Shown: positions 14,786-28,829, counted from the first letter of the stretch. The stretch: 64,000 bases of DNA from Octopus vulgaris (GCA_951406725.2 OX597814.1:31496001-31560000); one strand, 5' to 3'. Notes: generated from the letters alone by a model not told the origin. Numbers and translations: made by a program.

Positions 14786-15563
14786 TAAGGGGTAATCCAC
14801 ATGTTTTGTGAAGTTTTATGAAAGGCAGTTCTAACTATCTTAGATGATGGTAACATTTATATAGTATTACATCTAATAAGTTGACCTGCAAATTTTGTCA
14901 TTTCAGATTGAATGAGACGGCCGTAACAGCCCTTTCAAAGACGCTACTAAACACAGCTCGTCACACTTGGCTAGTTGGCAGAATGCAGTCGGGCTGTGAA
15001 GAGAATTGAGAATGTTCGCTATAACAGTTTTGCGTTAAACCGGGCAACATTCCAGAAACTTACGAAAAATCTGCAGACTGCAAGTCTGTGAAGAGCCATT
15101 TTTTCGGCCGCAAGAGAATCATCTAATTGTACTATGTTCTCTCTGGCCTACGATCAACAAAGACTACATTGTGGAGAGTTTTAGAGAGTTCTCGGAGTGA
15201 TTTCATTGCAAATGGCCAGAGTGCCTGCACCAAGTCAATGCGCCATCCTGACAACCAACTACTTAACAGAGATTGGATTGAAAACTGTCACTCTAAAGTC
15301 ATAGAGAGTAAGGCCTAGAATGTAGGTACATTCTAGGCCTTACTCTCTATAACTTTAGAGTGTTTTGTAAGATGAAGGAAACGATGTAGCAGGCTGTGCA
15401 AAGACTTTTGGAGAAATTCCTTTTACACGAACTTCATGAAATGGCTGACGAAGTGTATTGAAACCAGAGGAATTGATTTTAAATAGATTAGTGCTTTGTC
15501 GTTCTCTGAAATTAACAAATGTATCTCCGGATAAAGTCTCAAAACCTCTGGAAGTTACCTTGT
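14786..15563 (+). mobile_element. Old, internally deleted mariner-like element
   Basis: Degenerate TIRs (taaggggtaatccacatgttttg / caaaacctctggaagttaccttg). Contains an N-terminal FCVK.G-like remnant and a C-terminal W...KCIE..G..F-like remnant. Confidence 0.45.
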
Positions 15564-17259
15564 GTGCAAACAAACAAACATACATACGTACATACATACA
15601 TACATACATAATACATACATACATACATACATGCATACATACATACATACATACATACGTACATACAAATATACGTTTTTAAGAAACAATTTAATCTCCT
15701 GCCGTCTAAGGGCCCAGATGAGCCAATATCAAGGCAAGAGATTCAAAAGGAAGCAGTAGTGTCGAACTCACGCCTTCACCAAAAACCAATCGCGGTGTCT
15801 CAGCATGGCCACAACCTAAGGGCTGAAACGTGTAAAATAGTAAAATAATACATATATATATATATGCTATCGTTTTTAACAATGGCACGCGAGGTAGATA
15901 AAATTGTAAAAACCTTTTGGATGGAATGGACAAAGAATGGCCGTAGGACTCGAGCCCAATCTTCTGCATATATAAAAAGGCGTTCATGCATGTATGCGTG
16001 TGTGTACAGTGTGTTAGGTTAAATTTAATGACCGTTTGGATCGCATTTGTTCACGAGCAGCTTATTGTATTGGGGAACAGCAAACAGTGATATGGGGGAT
16101 AAAGATTAAAGCTATAGCAGAAGAAAATATCTGGTATGGAGGACTGGAAGCACCTGAATATTGGAAGAGATTTACCTTATTATGATCATTCACGCCGAGT
16201 ATCAAAATGACCACATTATGACTGCTCCTCAAGGCTCAATGTGCAACTTCAAGGCTGCAAGACTTAACATGGTCAGCTGCTACGTGACCACAGATCTGTA
16301 AGGCACTTAGCAAGCGTTCTGAATTCGTCCGGACACCCGCATTTCATTATTTTTCTTGAGTCCTACTTCTCATAAAACGGTAATTGGTAAGTCTTCTCTC
16401 ATCTCTGGGTACAAAAATGTTCGCTCCACTTGTATCGTTTGTTTCCTTTGAGAAGGATGCGCTTCATAAGTAATCGCTGTTATGAAAATCATGCTGATGA
16501 ACAACTAAATAAGCAGTAATATATAAATACATACATATATATTTATATGTAATTATCTATCTATCTACCTATCAATCTTTTTATATATATATATACACAC
16601 ATACGTATATATGTATATCTTGTTTCCATGACGTATAAGTGGCCAACATCACAAAAGTATTTCTGAACGGGACGCAGGTTTGCTGCTTTATTCAAGACGA
16701 ACGAGTTTGGACGAATGGGACAACTGAATTACGCCGACTTTATTTTTACCAATCCTGAATCGATGAAAGGCAAATTTGACCTCGGTGGAATTTGAACACA
16801 GAATTTAAAGAGTAGGAAGGAATGCAGCTAAGTAATTTATCCGATGTGCCAAAAATTCTGTTAGTTTACCGTCATAAATTAAGCATTACGTAACACATAC
16901 ATATTTCCTTTCATGGCATTCATGGGTTGAACAAATAGCTCGAATGGGTTGGGGTTTTGTAGGCACTTTACAAAATAGTTACATTTCAGCTAAGAACCTT
17001 CAAAGTTCTTAATATCAGAAATGGTATATATTATATATGCTATATATTTCATTATTGGAGATGTGTTTTAAAGTTATAAAACAGTTTTGATATATTGTCG
17101 TGCACCATAACATCTTTTTCGCACAGACCCATTAATTTTATATTAATATTCCCGAACATATACACACATTTTGGATATGGTTACATATTTCCACATATAG
17201 ATATACAAACACACATGTACATGGGCACTCATGTATATATATGTAAACAGTTGTGCACA

Positions 17260-17328
<69 letters not shown>

Positions 17329-17819
17329 GTATATATATATACAAATGCACATAAATACACGCGTATGCACACGCACGAACGCCAACACGCACAAACACAA
17401 ATAACCGATTTTTATCTTAGCATGAGAACGCTTTCCCTTATCTTAGATATATTCAAGTGTATACAGAAATATTTATAAAATTTGTATAAGTATATGCCTT
17501 AAGTAATATATTGTTATTGGAATATTATGATAAATATCAATACGATATCTTTAATAACATTTTCTTACACTGTTTCATCCACAATAAAAAATATATAGTC
17601 TGTCTGTCCAACATTTACGCCTAAAATATGCAACTTTTCCAAGGATACGTAGGACCTATTTTCTTCAGTCTTCATAACCATATTTTGTAAGATGTAAGTA
17701 AAATATACGACGTCTTGTCTGTAACAAAATGTTTCGCTTGCAGAAAGAAAAACTCATATGCAACATAGCTGTTATATCTTAGAGATTTTCATATTTTATT
17801 AAATAAAAAGGACATTGAA

Positions 17820-17890
<71 letters not shown>

Positions 17891-17982
17891 ATGTATACGT
17901 AGTGTGTGTGTGTGTATGAGTGTCTGTGTGTGTGTTGATACATAGATGGTTTAGGGAGATGGATGTGTGCATACCTACATAT

Positions 17983-18039
<57 letters not shown>

Positions 18040-18639
18040 ACTAGATATTACTTACATATGTACAACATATATATGTATATACATACATATACATTCATAT
18101 ATATATGTATTATGATATACATTTATACGTATGTGTGTGTATATATATATATAAATAGATTGATAGGTAGATAGATAGATAATTACATATAAATATATAT
18201 GTCTGTATTTATGTATTACAGCTTATTTAGTTGTTCATCAGCATGATTTTCATAACAGCGATTACTTATGAAGCGCATCCTTCCCAAAGGAAACAAACGA
18301 TACAAGTGGAGCGAACATTTTTGTACCCAGAGATGAGAGAAGACTTACCACTTCCTTGTGTCGAATTTTTTAGCTTTCTGGGCTATATCGTATATAATAT
18401 GCATTTTTTATAAGTATCTAATATGGAATTGTAAATAAGTATATGGCATATAATTTAACCACAATATTCGAAACTAGTTTTGTAAGGGAAGAAATTGACA
18501 AATATGTGCAATGTAGTATGAGGGCTTTTGTCTGGTTTGCAAAAGATAAATTTGCATCTTCAATAATATACATTTATATGATGCACGAATATATGAATAT
18601 GTCTCCGGATAACTTTTAATACTCCGTTTATATTATTTC

Positions 18640-19420
18640 TGGTCAACGCCTGCAGGAATAGCATAATAAATGGGCATTCCAGACTGATGATATTCTGGGG
18701 GTGAGAGATTGGATAACATCGTTAGTGAGTTTGGATTTAGATGCAACAAAGTTTTCAAGGGGTAGAGAACCAAGTGGTTGAAATTAGACAGCTAGCTTTC
18801 AGGACCAGAAGCAATTAAAGTACTGGTGCAAAAGATAGAGAGCACAACTGTGGAGAGAGACTGGAGTATATCAGTTATTAAATACTGATAACCGAGTTGC
18901 TTCCATATAAATAGTGCTCCGTATGAACAGAGTTCAAGATGTCTGTATGCGTTTCAGATGCTGAAACTGTACTCTGTCCTGAGTTTCGTTTGTATTTCTA
19001 ACATGTCGGCAACTTTTATACGTAAGATAAATCTTTGAGATATAGGTCTAGTTTTGTTAAGGATTTGCATTCGTTAGGAGAGATTCTCAGTGATAATGAG
19101 TTTCAGTATTATGAGTTTTAGATCAGTACCGGTAATTTTTAGTGTGTGTAGGGGCGATGTGGTTTTCGGGTTATGGGGACTGCTTACGTTTTGCTTTTTA
19201 TTTCTTTTGCTATTACATGAGACAAGGTTAACGCTTGTTAGCATTGAAGAATACTCGAACGATTTCTGTTTGTGGAATCAATGCAGGTTTAGCTGGCGAG
19301 TACTCGGTTGCGTGTGAATGAGGTATAGTCGTAGAAGATTAGGGAGGAAATATGGCCATATCATCTGCGTAAAAGTGGGTGATATTGGATGTGGTTGTCA
19401 GTAGCTTACTAATTTATAAA
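18640..19420 (-). mobile_element. Decayed CR1/Jockey-group LINE 3' fragment
   Basis: The minus strand reads THFYADDM (RT catalytic YADD) near 19380-19355, followed by degraded C-terminal coding sequence. Confidence 0.6.
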
Positions 19421-21591
19421 AGTGACCACAAAACTTTTTGACTTATGCATACATGTCTATATGCTTACTTGTGTTAAAGAATGTATTGCACAAGCCATTT
19501 TCAAATTTTGAGCATTAATGAAATCTATTTTACCAATTAAATATATTTTAATTGATAAACAGTTTTAGATTAACGTTTGTAATTTTCTGTGGAAATTCCC
19601 GAATGTATATCAAGTACAGTATTTATGTTGATTGGTCAAATTATTTTTGCAAAATTCTTGCATTTTTATATTTGTCATGAAGCCAGGTTTATTCATACTA
19701 CAATTGAAAATTCAATTATAGACAGATATTTGGATAAATGTTAGGAACTCGCCACCATGACAACACGAAAACAATTAATAACTTAAAAGATGAAAGTATT
19801 TTTATAAATATGATATTACTTGCTAAAGTTTCGAATTCCCCAACCTCCACGAAATTTTCCCGATGATTCATATAACAGTATGGAAAAAACGATTTATGAA
19901 AACAAAAATTAGAAGAACATAGAATTATAAAGAATGTTAATATGGCAAAATGAAGAATGTACAGAACAGAAAAATCTAATATGACTAGTATTGAAACTTT
20001 TCTCATAAATTATCCACAAGTCTGCTTTTCTTTTTCTAGCATTTCACCCGTCAAGTAAAGATTTAAACTGTTGTTCTACTTCTTTGTTTTTCATTATCTC
20101 CTCTTTTGTTTTCATAACTTCTTCTGTATTTAAAGAATTTGCATGTGGTGTATATCTACAGGTACAATACGAAATAGAGAAAAGAAAAAAAGAAAACATA
20201 AAACCGAATGAGGAATATTCGAAACATCCTATTACATACAAAAAATTATATTTATCAAAGTAAACTGAAGTCCATATTTTTACCTGCTGTCATATTACGT
20301 AAGATGCATGTTGCAATATCTTTATTTTTTTATTTAAAATTCATTTCTTTTAATAACATATTGACAATGTTAATAGTTTGATTGATTTGTTTTTGTGAAG
20401 AAAAAAATGAATTTTAAGAAATGACGTTTTTTTTATCACGTTCTTTGCTGCATTTCTGTTAAGCTAAGGAGAAAAAAAAATCATATTTTTCTATTTATTT
20501 TTAGGCTGCTCATATTTTTTAAGGAAGCAATTAATTTTTCTTTTCTTTTCAAGATGATAATTCTATTTTCTGAATGCTTTTCATTTTCAGTTGTTTTCAT
20601 TCCTATTCATTTGAAAAGATGCACATCTGTTTCTTCTACTCAAACACACTGAGGCGATGATATTGCCAAAACATTAAGAATAGAAATACCAATATTATGA
20701 TTTAGAATAATTAGAAACCCATAAAAACATCGTGTATAATAATGTTGTTGTATCTATTGTCATTATATTTATTGTTTATGTTGTTTAGAGCGAAGTTTAG
20801 TAACAATTCAAAGTGCAAAATGAAATAAAATGTTGGCCATTAATATCTTTAGAGGTGCCTCTAGTCCTGGTAAGATATCTGAATTGTCGTTTTAAAATAT
20901 AGTCGGTAGATGGCAGAAATGGTAGACGTCCGGTAAAATGCCTTGTTAATTGGCTGCGCCAAATAGGTTTTGAGTTCAAATCTCCCAAAATAAGAAGTTT
21001 GCATTTTCTAATTCTGTGGTCGATGAGCAGTGGTCAAGGAATACATTTAATCTAGTTGACCAACCTTTACCCAAGAATTTTTTTATCCTTCACTTATCTT
21101 AATTATTTTACTGCAGTCATGATAGGGTACAGTCTCGAAGGATTTTAGTCGAAGAAATCGCCCCATTAGTTATGTATTTTAATCTGATACAACGGTCTCT
21201 TTTCTATCGGTTTCATTTGCTGAACTGCTATGTTATGGAAACATAAAGAAACAACACCAATTTTCAAGCGGAGTGGGGAAAAACGTACAAGCGCGCGCAC
21301 ACACACACACACACATATATATACACACTCCTTTTTCTTTCAGTTGTTTCAGTTCTTTGACTGCAGATATTCTGGGGTACCACCTTGAATGATTTCAGTC
21401 GAACGAATGAATCCAAGTATTTATGAAAGCCCGTCACTTATTCACGCAACCTCTTTTGCCGAACTTCTAAGTTTTTGGGACATAAGAAAACAGAATACTG
21501 GTTATCGAGTGGCGATGGTGTAAACAATAACACATAACACGCACATACATTCATATAGATCTATATACATGTGTGCACGCACGCGTAAGAA

Positions 21592-21808
21592 AGTGCGTGG
21601 CCTAGTGGTTAGTGTAATCGGTTCTCGAACGTAAGGTTGCGTGTTCGATTCCAGGTTGCAAGTTGTGTCCTTGAGCAAGACACTTCATTTCATGTTGCTC
21701 CAGTCCACTCAGCTGCCAAAAATAAGTAGTACCTGTCGTTCAAGCTGGCTGTTCTGTTGACCGAATCAGCTGAAACACTCGTCGTCATAACCGACTGAGT
21801 GTCCCAGC
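21592..21808 (+). mobile_element. tRNA-derived SINE (diverged relative of family C)
   Basis: A box TGGCCTAGTGG, B box GTTCGATTCC, GTGTCCTTGAGCAAGACACTT core, and a tail CTCGTCGTCATAACCGAC..AGTG similar to the family C tail. Confidence 0.75.
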
Positions 21809-21864
<56 letters not shown>

Positions 21865-22404
21865 CAGGATAAACTATCCATATAATACAGAAACAAAATC
21901 GCTATCGCCCTGCCATGATTCTCGAAGTCACATCTTTGTGATTACGCGTCAAGGGGTTTACCTTTAACCCAAACTACCCAGTAAGGAATTGTTCTGCGAT
22001 TTTAGGATTTATAAATCTAGCTTTATAAGACGCTAACGTTAAATTCAACTTACAATGAAAGTAAACAAGGTTTACTTTAGAATCGTTGAGATGTATTGAA
22101 AGTACAGAAATAATTTATTCTCAAACGCCTGATAATGCTAATACAATGGCATGAACAGGATAAACTATCCATATATTGCAGAAAAAATCGTTACTGCCAG
22201 CTATGAGACTCGAACTTACATATCTGTGATTACACTTTGAGTGCTAGATAGTTTATCCTGTTCATGCCATTGTATTAGCATTATCATGCGTTTGAGAATA
22301 AATTATTTCTGTATCTTTCTATACATCACAATGCTTCTAAATCAAAATTTGTTTATTTTCATCGTACGTTATATATACGTATGTTTGTATATATGTATGT
22401 ATGT

Positions 22405-22790
22405 GGAAGCACTCCGTCGGTTACGACGATGAGGGTTCCGGTTGATCCGAATCAACGGAACAGCCTGCTCGTGAAATTAACGTGTAAGTGGCTGAGCACT
22501 CCACAGACACGTGCACCCTTAACGTAGTTCTCGGGGATATTCAGCGTGACACAAAGAGTGACAAGGCCGGCCCCTTGAAATACAGGTACAGCAGAAACAG
22601 GAAGTAAGAGTGAGAGAAAGTTGTGGTGAAAGAGTACAGCAGGGATCACCACCATCCCCTGCCGGAGACTCGTGGAGCTTTTAGGTGTTTTCGCTCAATA
22701 AACACTCACAACGCCCGGTCTGGGAATCGAAACCGCGATCCTATGACCGCGAGTCCGCTGCCTTAACCACTGGGCCATTGCGCATCCACA
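22405..22790 (-). mobile_element. tRNA-derived SINE family C, full length
   Basis: Reverse-complement match to 34095-34469, with A box TGGCCCAGTGG and B box GTTTCGATTCC. Inserted in (TATG)n. Confidence 0.9.
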
Positions 22791-22864
22791 TGTATGTATG
22801 TACATACATTTATCAATTTGTGTTGCAAGATTCCTTATGCGAAATCCTGTGTTGAAACCGATTC

Positions 22865-23242
22865 TGTTGTATTTTGGGTTAGTCATTTACTTATTTATTT
22901 TTGCCAAATAAACACACGCACTCTATATTTTTTCTTCCCTCATTTATTACTATTCTTATTTTATGTTCATTGTCCTGAAATCTTTCGTCACACATCTGTG
23001 ACCTCTTCAGCGACAATTTTTAATCGATACATATTTAATCGAATATTTGAAATAATTAAAGCAAATTGCCACACAAAATGTGTCACTGAAGAGGTAACAG
23101 ATGTGCGACGAGAGATTTCCGGACAATGGATATGAGTTAAAATAACATAATAAGAACAGTAATAAACAAGTGAAGAAAACAACGTAGTGCGGGTGTTTAT
23201 TTAAGAAACAAAAAAAAAATATGACCATCCCGAAATACAACA
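22865..23242. repeat. Inverted pair of Penelope pLTR-like fragments, each with a hammerhead-like core
   Basis: Arms ~22865-23020 and ~23075-23242 are diverged reverse complements. CTGAAGA-G-GTCAC/GTGAC-GAAA lies on the minus strand at 22971-23015. A related sequence is at 53230-53325. Confidence 0.65.
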
Positions 23243-24708
23243 ATATATATATACACGGTCTTTCACATAGCTTCCGACTGCCAAATTCATTCAAATGCCA
23301 TTAGTCGGGCAAGACGATATGGTTAGCGGGAGCACTGCACAGATATACCTTAGCTTTGTTCTCTGGGAGATTCAGCGTAACAAAAAATGTTGCATTGTTG
23401 GTCCATTTAACAAGAAGTAAAACTCATTTTGCCACTTGATTGGACTGAAGCAACGTGAAATAAAAAATTCTCCGAGGTGAGAGTGAACCCGGAGGAACGT
23501 CATGGCAAAGCGAGCTTCTTAACCACACAGGCAATCTCAGTTACAAGAATTCGTAAAGAAAACCGACGATTCTAAGTGTCAAATAATCCTAAATCCAGAC
23601 TTATTTGTATAATGTTGATTATTTTCTAAACGAAGCTGATCTACAATGAACTTTCCAGTTTCCTTACTATTAAAACATGGAAGCAAATAACACAATCGTA
23701 ATAATCTTAAGTATTTTCTGATTATAAGCAGTTTAATCAGAAAAATTACCCAAGTGATATAAGAAAGGCGTCAATTCACAAAATCATCACTCCGCTTTTT
23801 AAATACCTTGATATAATGTTCCGTTATTATGAAAATTCATTAGCAAATATTGTAGAGCACTTTCTGTTGTACAACGCAGTCTACTATAGTAGTTTCGTAA
23901 ATGTGCGTGAATGATCTAATACACGATCTCATTTAACACAGATTTCTGTAGAATAAACATCAGCTAGATTCTTAGAACTCATACAATATACCTTATCAAA
24001 TGTTCAGCACAAAAGTACTCCTAGATGGAAAAATTAAAATATCTTAATCGAATATTTGAAATAATTAAAGCAAATTAACGTACAAAAAAATCACGATGAT
24101 ATTAAATTCAGATACGATATATTAATACTTCATCTAATTTTCAGTAATCTAAGAGAATATCTATTTTTCTGATGAAGTGCTAATGTACAACTCTGATCTT
24201 TTGTATTGCTTTGTAAATTTGCTGATGTACTTCATAGTTGTGGTCTTATATTTAAAATCACATTGCCGATATGACGCAATGCTACATGAATAAATTATGT
24301 AGAAGTGCTAAATTCTTCTAGCTAGCATAATGCAATATAAAACGTGTCAAATCTATTGGAATTTCCTTGTATATTTTATGTTTGGTTTCTTTCATTTCTT
24401 TTAAGACAAATTAATTAATTAATTTGTTTTATGTGGGTGGAGGGAAAGAACGGTAATCATATCAAATCCTCGTATAATGTATTCAAAGATGTATAACTTT
24501 CTGTCAAAAGACAGCAAGGTATACATCATGCAGTACTGATATTGTTCGACTCAATACGCGTATGTGTGTGTGTGTGTGTGTGTGTGTCTACCTTATGATT
24601 AGGAAAGATCGAAGGTTTTCTACCAGAGGGTTCTTGAAACCAATATCCACACTCTCTTGCATACACACACACACGGATGCACACGCACACACAGACACAC
24701 AAGAGCAC

Positions 24709-24762
<54 letters not shown>

Positions 24763-24764
<2 letters not shown>

Positions 24765-25873
24765 TTGGACTCAATAATGGAAACACCTAGCAACATAGCA
24801 TCATAATTTTGAAATACCCGTCAAAAGCTTGTTTATTTTATGCTTTTTGATTGATCATTAATGTTGCTTAATGTTTTACTAAAATTGCTATTTCTTTTCA
24901 GATATCATCAGAAAAAGGTAATTAAAATTCATTAAAATGACAGATCTATCGCACTTTCAAAGAGGTCAAATTGATGGTGCTCGTATTGCAGGCGCTAGCG
25001 TAACGAAAACATCCGAAATGTTCGGTGTATCAAGAAGTACTGTCTAGAAAGTAATGACAGCCTTTAACAAAGAGGTGAAAATCCCTCCTCGTCGAAATAA
25101 GACTCCGAAAGAATATCAAAACGTTCATATAGGGATTGTTGGATATTTACGCGAATTTTTAGAAAGGATCACAAAAGTACAGCTCCCAAAATTACTGCAG
25201 AGCTTAATGACCACATCGAGAACCCAGTTTCCCTGAAACTGTTTGTCGGGAGCTGCACAAAGCCGGATTTCACGACAGGGCTGCAATCATAAAGCCACTA
25301 CTTTCGAAAACAAACGTTGTAAAGCGTTTAGAGTGGAGTAAAACCTACAGAATTTGTCCCTAGAGCAGTAGGAGAATGTTATTTTCTCTGACGATTCATC
25401 CTTTATCTTATTTCCAACCACTGGCCGAGTATCTGTGTGAAGACAGCCAAAAGAAGGATTTGACTCAGACTACCTTCTTCCAACCGTTAAACATGGAGGA
25501 GGATTCGTGATGATCTGGGGGTGGGGGCTATATCTTGGAAATCCACCGGCCCAATGGTTTGCCTCCATGACAGAATTTATAGTCAAGACTATTTAAGCAT
25601 TTTATCCGATCAAATCCATCCTATGGTTGTGTAACTATTTCCGGAGGGAAACGCAATCTTTCAGGATGACAATGCACCAATTCACACAGCTAAAGGTCTT
25701 ACTGAATGGCAAGAGGAACATTCTTATATGGTCACCACAGTCCCTTGATCTCAATATTATTGAACATTTACGGTGCATTTTAGAAAAAAACAGTAATTCA
25801 AACCTTGTACGGGCTTACACTTCGTAGAATACAAGTTATAATTACTGCCAAAGACGGTCCTACCCAATGTTAA
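24763..25873 (+). mobile_element. Decayed Tc1-family transposon (transposase pseudogene from ATG 24937)
   Basis: Translates as MTDLSHFQRGQI.GAR.AG, VIFSDDSSF, TVKHGGG.VMIWG, IFQDDNAPIHTAK, WSPQSLDLNIIEHL, with stops and frameshifts. Left end GGTTGGACTCAATAATGGAAACACC; right TIR not recognisable. Confidence 0.9.
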
Positions 25874-26018
25874 AATTAATTTGTTTGAAATTGTAAGGAG
25901 GGACCTTTATATGGGCCCTGTATGTATGTATGTATGTATGTATGTATTTATGTATGTATGTATGTATGTATGTATCTATCTATCTATCTATATATATATT
26001 TAGATCTATATATATATA

Positions 26019-26192
26019 GGGAGAGTTTACGAAAAAAACAAAGGACAAAGACAGGTGGTTTACAAAACAAACAGATGTATTAGTATAACGCTCAGGAATA
26101 GAAAAAGTATTTTACGTTTCGAGCCTACGGTCTTCTACAGAAAGGGACAGAAAAAACAAGGAGAGAAAAAATGTGTGTAGTGGCTAACGATA
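26019..26192 (-). repeat. Short pLTR-like repeat with minimal hammerhead-like motif
   Basis: Minus strand 26143-26110 reads TTT-CTGTAGA-A-GACC GTAG GCTC-GAAA-CG-TA-AAA. The fragment is embedded between TA tracts. Confidence 0.4.
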
Positions 26193-26301
26193 TATCATGG
26201 CGACTGATATTTATATATATATATATATGTGTGTGTGTGCCTGTGTGTGTGTGGTGTGTGTATATATATATGTGTGTGCCTGTGTGTGTGTGTGTGGCGT
26301 G

Positions 26302-26349
<48 letters not shown>

Positions 26350-26631
26350 GTGTGAGGTAGCGTTCGTGCATGCGTTTCTGATGAAGGAAATATGAAGCAA
26401 ATCAAATTTGTCAAGTGTGAAGACAAGAGTGTAATTGCCAGATTTGCAGTAATACTTATCTCTTTAAACACAGTAATATCTTTCCGTCTACTTATGTTGC
26501 ATTTGAGATTAGTGTTTGAGATGAGCATCAAATAAAATAACTTGCCTTTAGAATCATCGGTGTCAATAAAATAAAGTACCACTCAAGTAATAGGTCGATT
26601 TATTCGACCAACGCCTGTCCTATATATATGT

Positions 26632-26679
<48 letters not shown>

Positions 26680-26834
26680 GAGCTTCTTTCAGTTTCCATC
26701 TACCAAATTAACTCAGGAGACTTTGGTTATCCCGAAGCTATAGTAGAAAACAGTATCCAAAGTTCCACGCAGTGGGTTTGAACCCAGTGCCATGTGGCTG
26801 TGATGCACACTTCTTACCACACAGCCACTCCTGC
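26680..26834 (-). mobile_element. SINE family A head, diverged
   Basis: Match to the family A head and body (cttaccacacagccactcctgcg). Confidence 0.75.
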
Positions 26835-27232
26835 GTCTTTCTCTCTCTTTCTATACATGACCATCTGCATTTTTTCGAAAAGCCAGAAAATCGAAAAAGA
26901 CTAACATTACATATATGTGGCAATCGCTTTATGAATATTGTGTGTCTATTTTATGAACAAAGAGAATGTGGAGGACGCTAAATTTAAAAGGGGGGATAAT
27001 TCGATGCAAGTAAATACAACACATCTTGAAAATTGGCGCGTGTGCGTACGCATGTGCATTATATATATGCATACATACATAAATATGTATATATACACAT
27101 TTATATATGTATATATATATATGCATACATATATATATACACTGTATATATATATATGTGTGTGTGTGAGCGTGTTTGTGTGTGTAAACATATATCTGTA
27201 TATATATATATGTACACACACACACACACACA

Positions 27233-27270
<38 letters not shown>

Positions 27271-27639
27271 CATACATACATATATACCAACACACAGATA
27301 CATGCGTATGTTCGTTTATGTTTCTTACATATCACAGAAGCATGATTGTGTGCGTATATGTGAAATGTATATAAATCGAATGATATATAATGCAAACAGG
27401 TGATTTTCGAAAAGGATTTAACCACAAAAACCTGCGTCGTAAAATTTCAATAATACTATAAAGAGGGCTATTTGTGTCTATCTGGAGATGTAGCTTGTAT
27501 TATTAATACAAGGTGGTTATTTTCCTCTCAAGGAACTTGCCGTAAGGGGGAATCAAAACTATTAAAAGAAAGGCTCAAGGCCAACAATAATTTTAATGTA
27601 AAATAAACCCTAAACGTATTTGCAAATAATCAGAAAGTA

Positions 27640-28150
27640 GGAAAATACTCCCCTCCCACTAATTTTACCCAGATGATTACAAGATTGAATCTGTCAAGTT
27701 GTTCAACCAAATGTAATGGCCACCTGCAGCTATCTTTTCTGCTTGATACAAATAGATTGGCTTCGTCCCGTTAATTTTAGAAATACCCTCAAGTTCTTGA
27801 TTCTTATCTGGTTCGTCTCCTCTCCTGAATGAAATAGCATCTTAAATCACTTGCATAGTAACAATAATAGAAGACAATTTCTTGTTAATGTGTGAGAACA
27901 TCCGGGAGATATGTTACTTGAGGACAAATATCTCTTCATAATTTTTCGGTCTGTAGATGGATGTCGAAATGGTGATTTTAAGCTGTAGACAGCACTGATG
28001 GATTTTTGCCTATGGTCGTGATAAAATTAATGTCGAGCTGAAATATTTTGTGCAAATTATCGACAGAGTTTGCACACTTACAAATATTTCCTTTGGCAGG
28101 CAAGTATAAAAAAAAAATATTCAATTCCAATTTCTGTATACTTTCTATGA
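27640..28150 (-). mobile_element. Possible highly decayed Penelope GIY-YIG remnant
   Basis: Minus-strand C...YI(G).TT.Q-like remnant near 27730-27690, heavily disrupted. Confidence 0.3.
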
Positions 28151-28460
28151 ACTTTTCCGTTTAATTTAATTCTTGGTGATAAATTTTGAAGTTATTTTTT
28201 AAAAAATATATATTGTGTTTTCCTTTATATCTTCATTTAAAAAATATTTTTAATTGCAATTTAAGTTTACTCAGTTTTGTGTGTATCTAATATGTTGCGA
28301 TATATATAGATAATACTCATGCACAGATTCATACACACAACCGTACTACACACACTCATATATAACTATTCTAAAATCCATTAAGGCAACACATTCTGAA
28401 GCAGGTGGCGTTATGAGTGGTGGATAAAACCAATATTTATAGTTTTAAAACTTAGACAAA

Positions 28461-28533
<73 letters not shown>

Positions 28534-28617
28534 GCATAGGCGTGGCTGTGTGGTAAGAAGCTTGCTTCCCAACCTCATAGATCCAGTTTGTATATATATA
28601 TATATACATTTTTTTTT

Positions 28618-28829
28618 CTTTTTACTTGTTTCAGTCATTTGACTGCGGCCATGCTGGAGCACCGCCTTTAGTCGAGCAAATCGACCCCGGCACTTATTCT
28701 TTGTAAGCCCAGTACTTATTCTATCGGTCTCTTTTGCCGAACCGCTAAGTGACGGGGACGTAAACACACCAGCATTGGCTGTCAAGTAATGCTAGGGGGA
28801 CAAACACAGACACACACACACACACACAG

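Noticed and set aside
15990-16340. Possible 5' part of a Tc1/mariner-type element (similar weak hint at 2150-2400)
   Set aside because: Too decayed: no catalytic motif or paired TIR that I can support.
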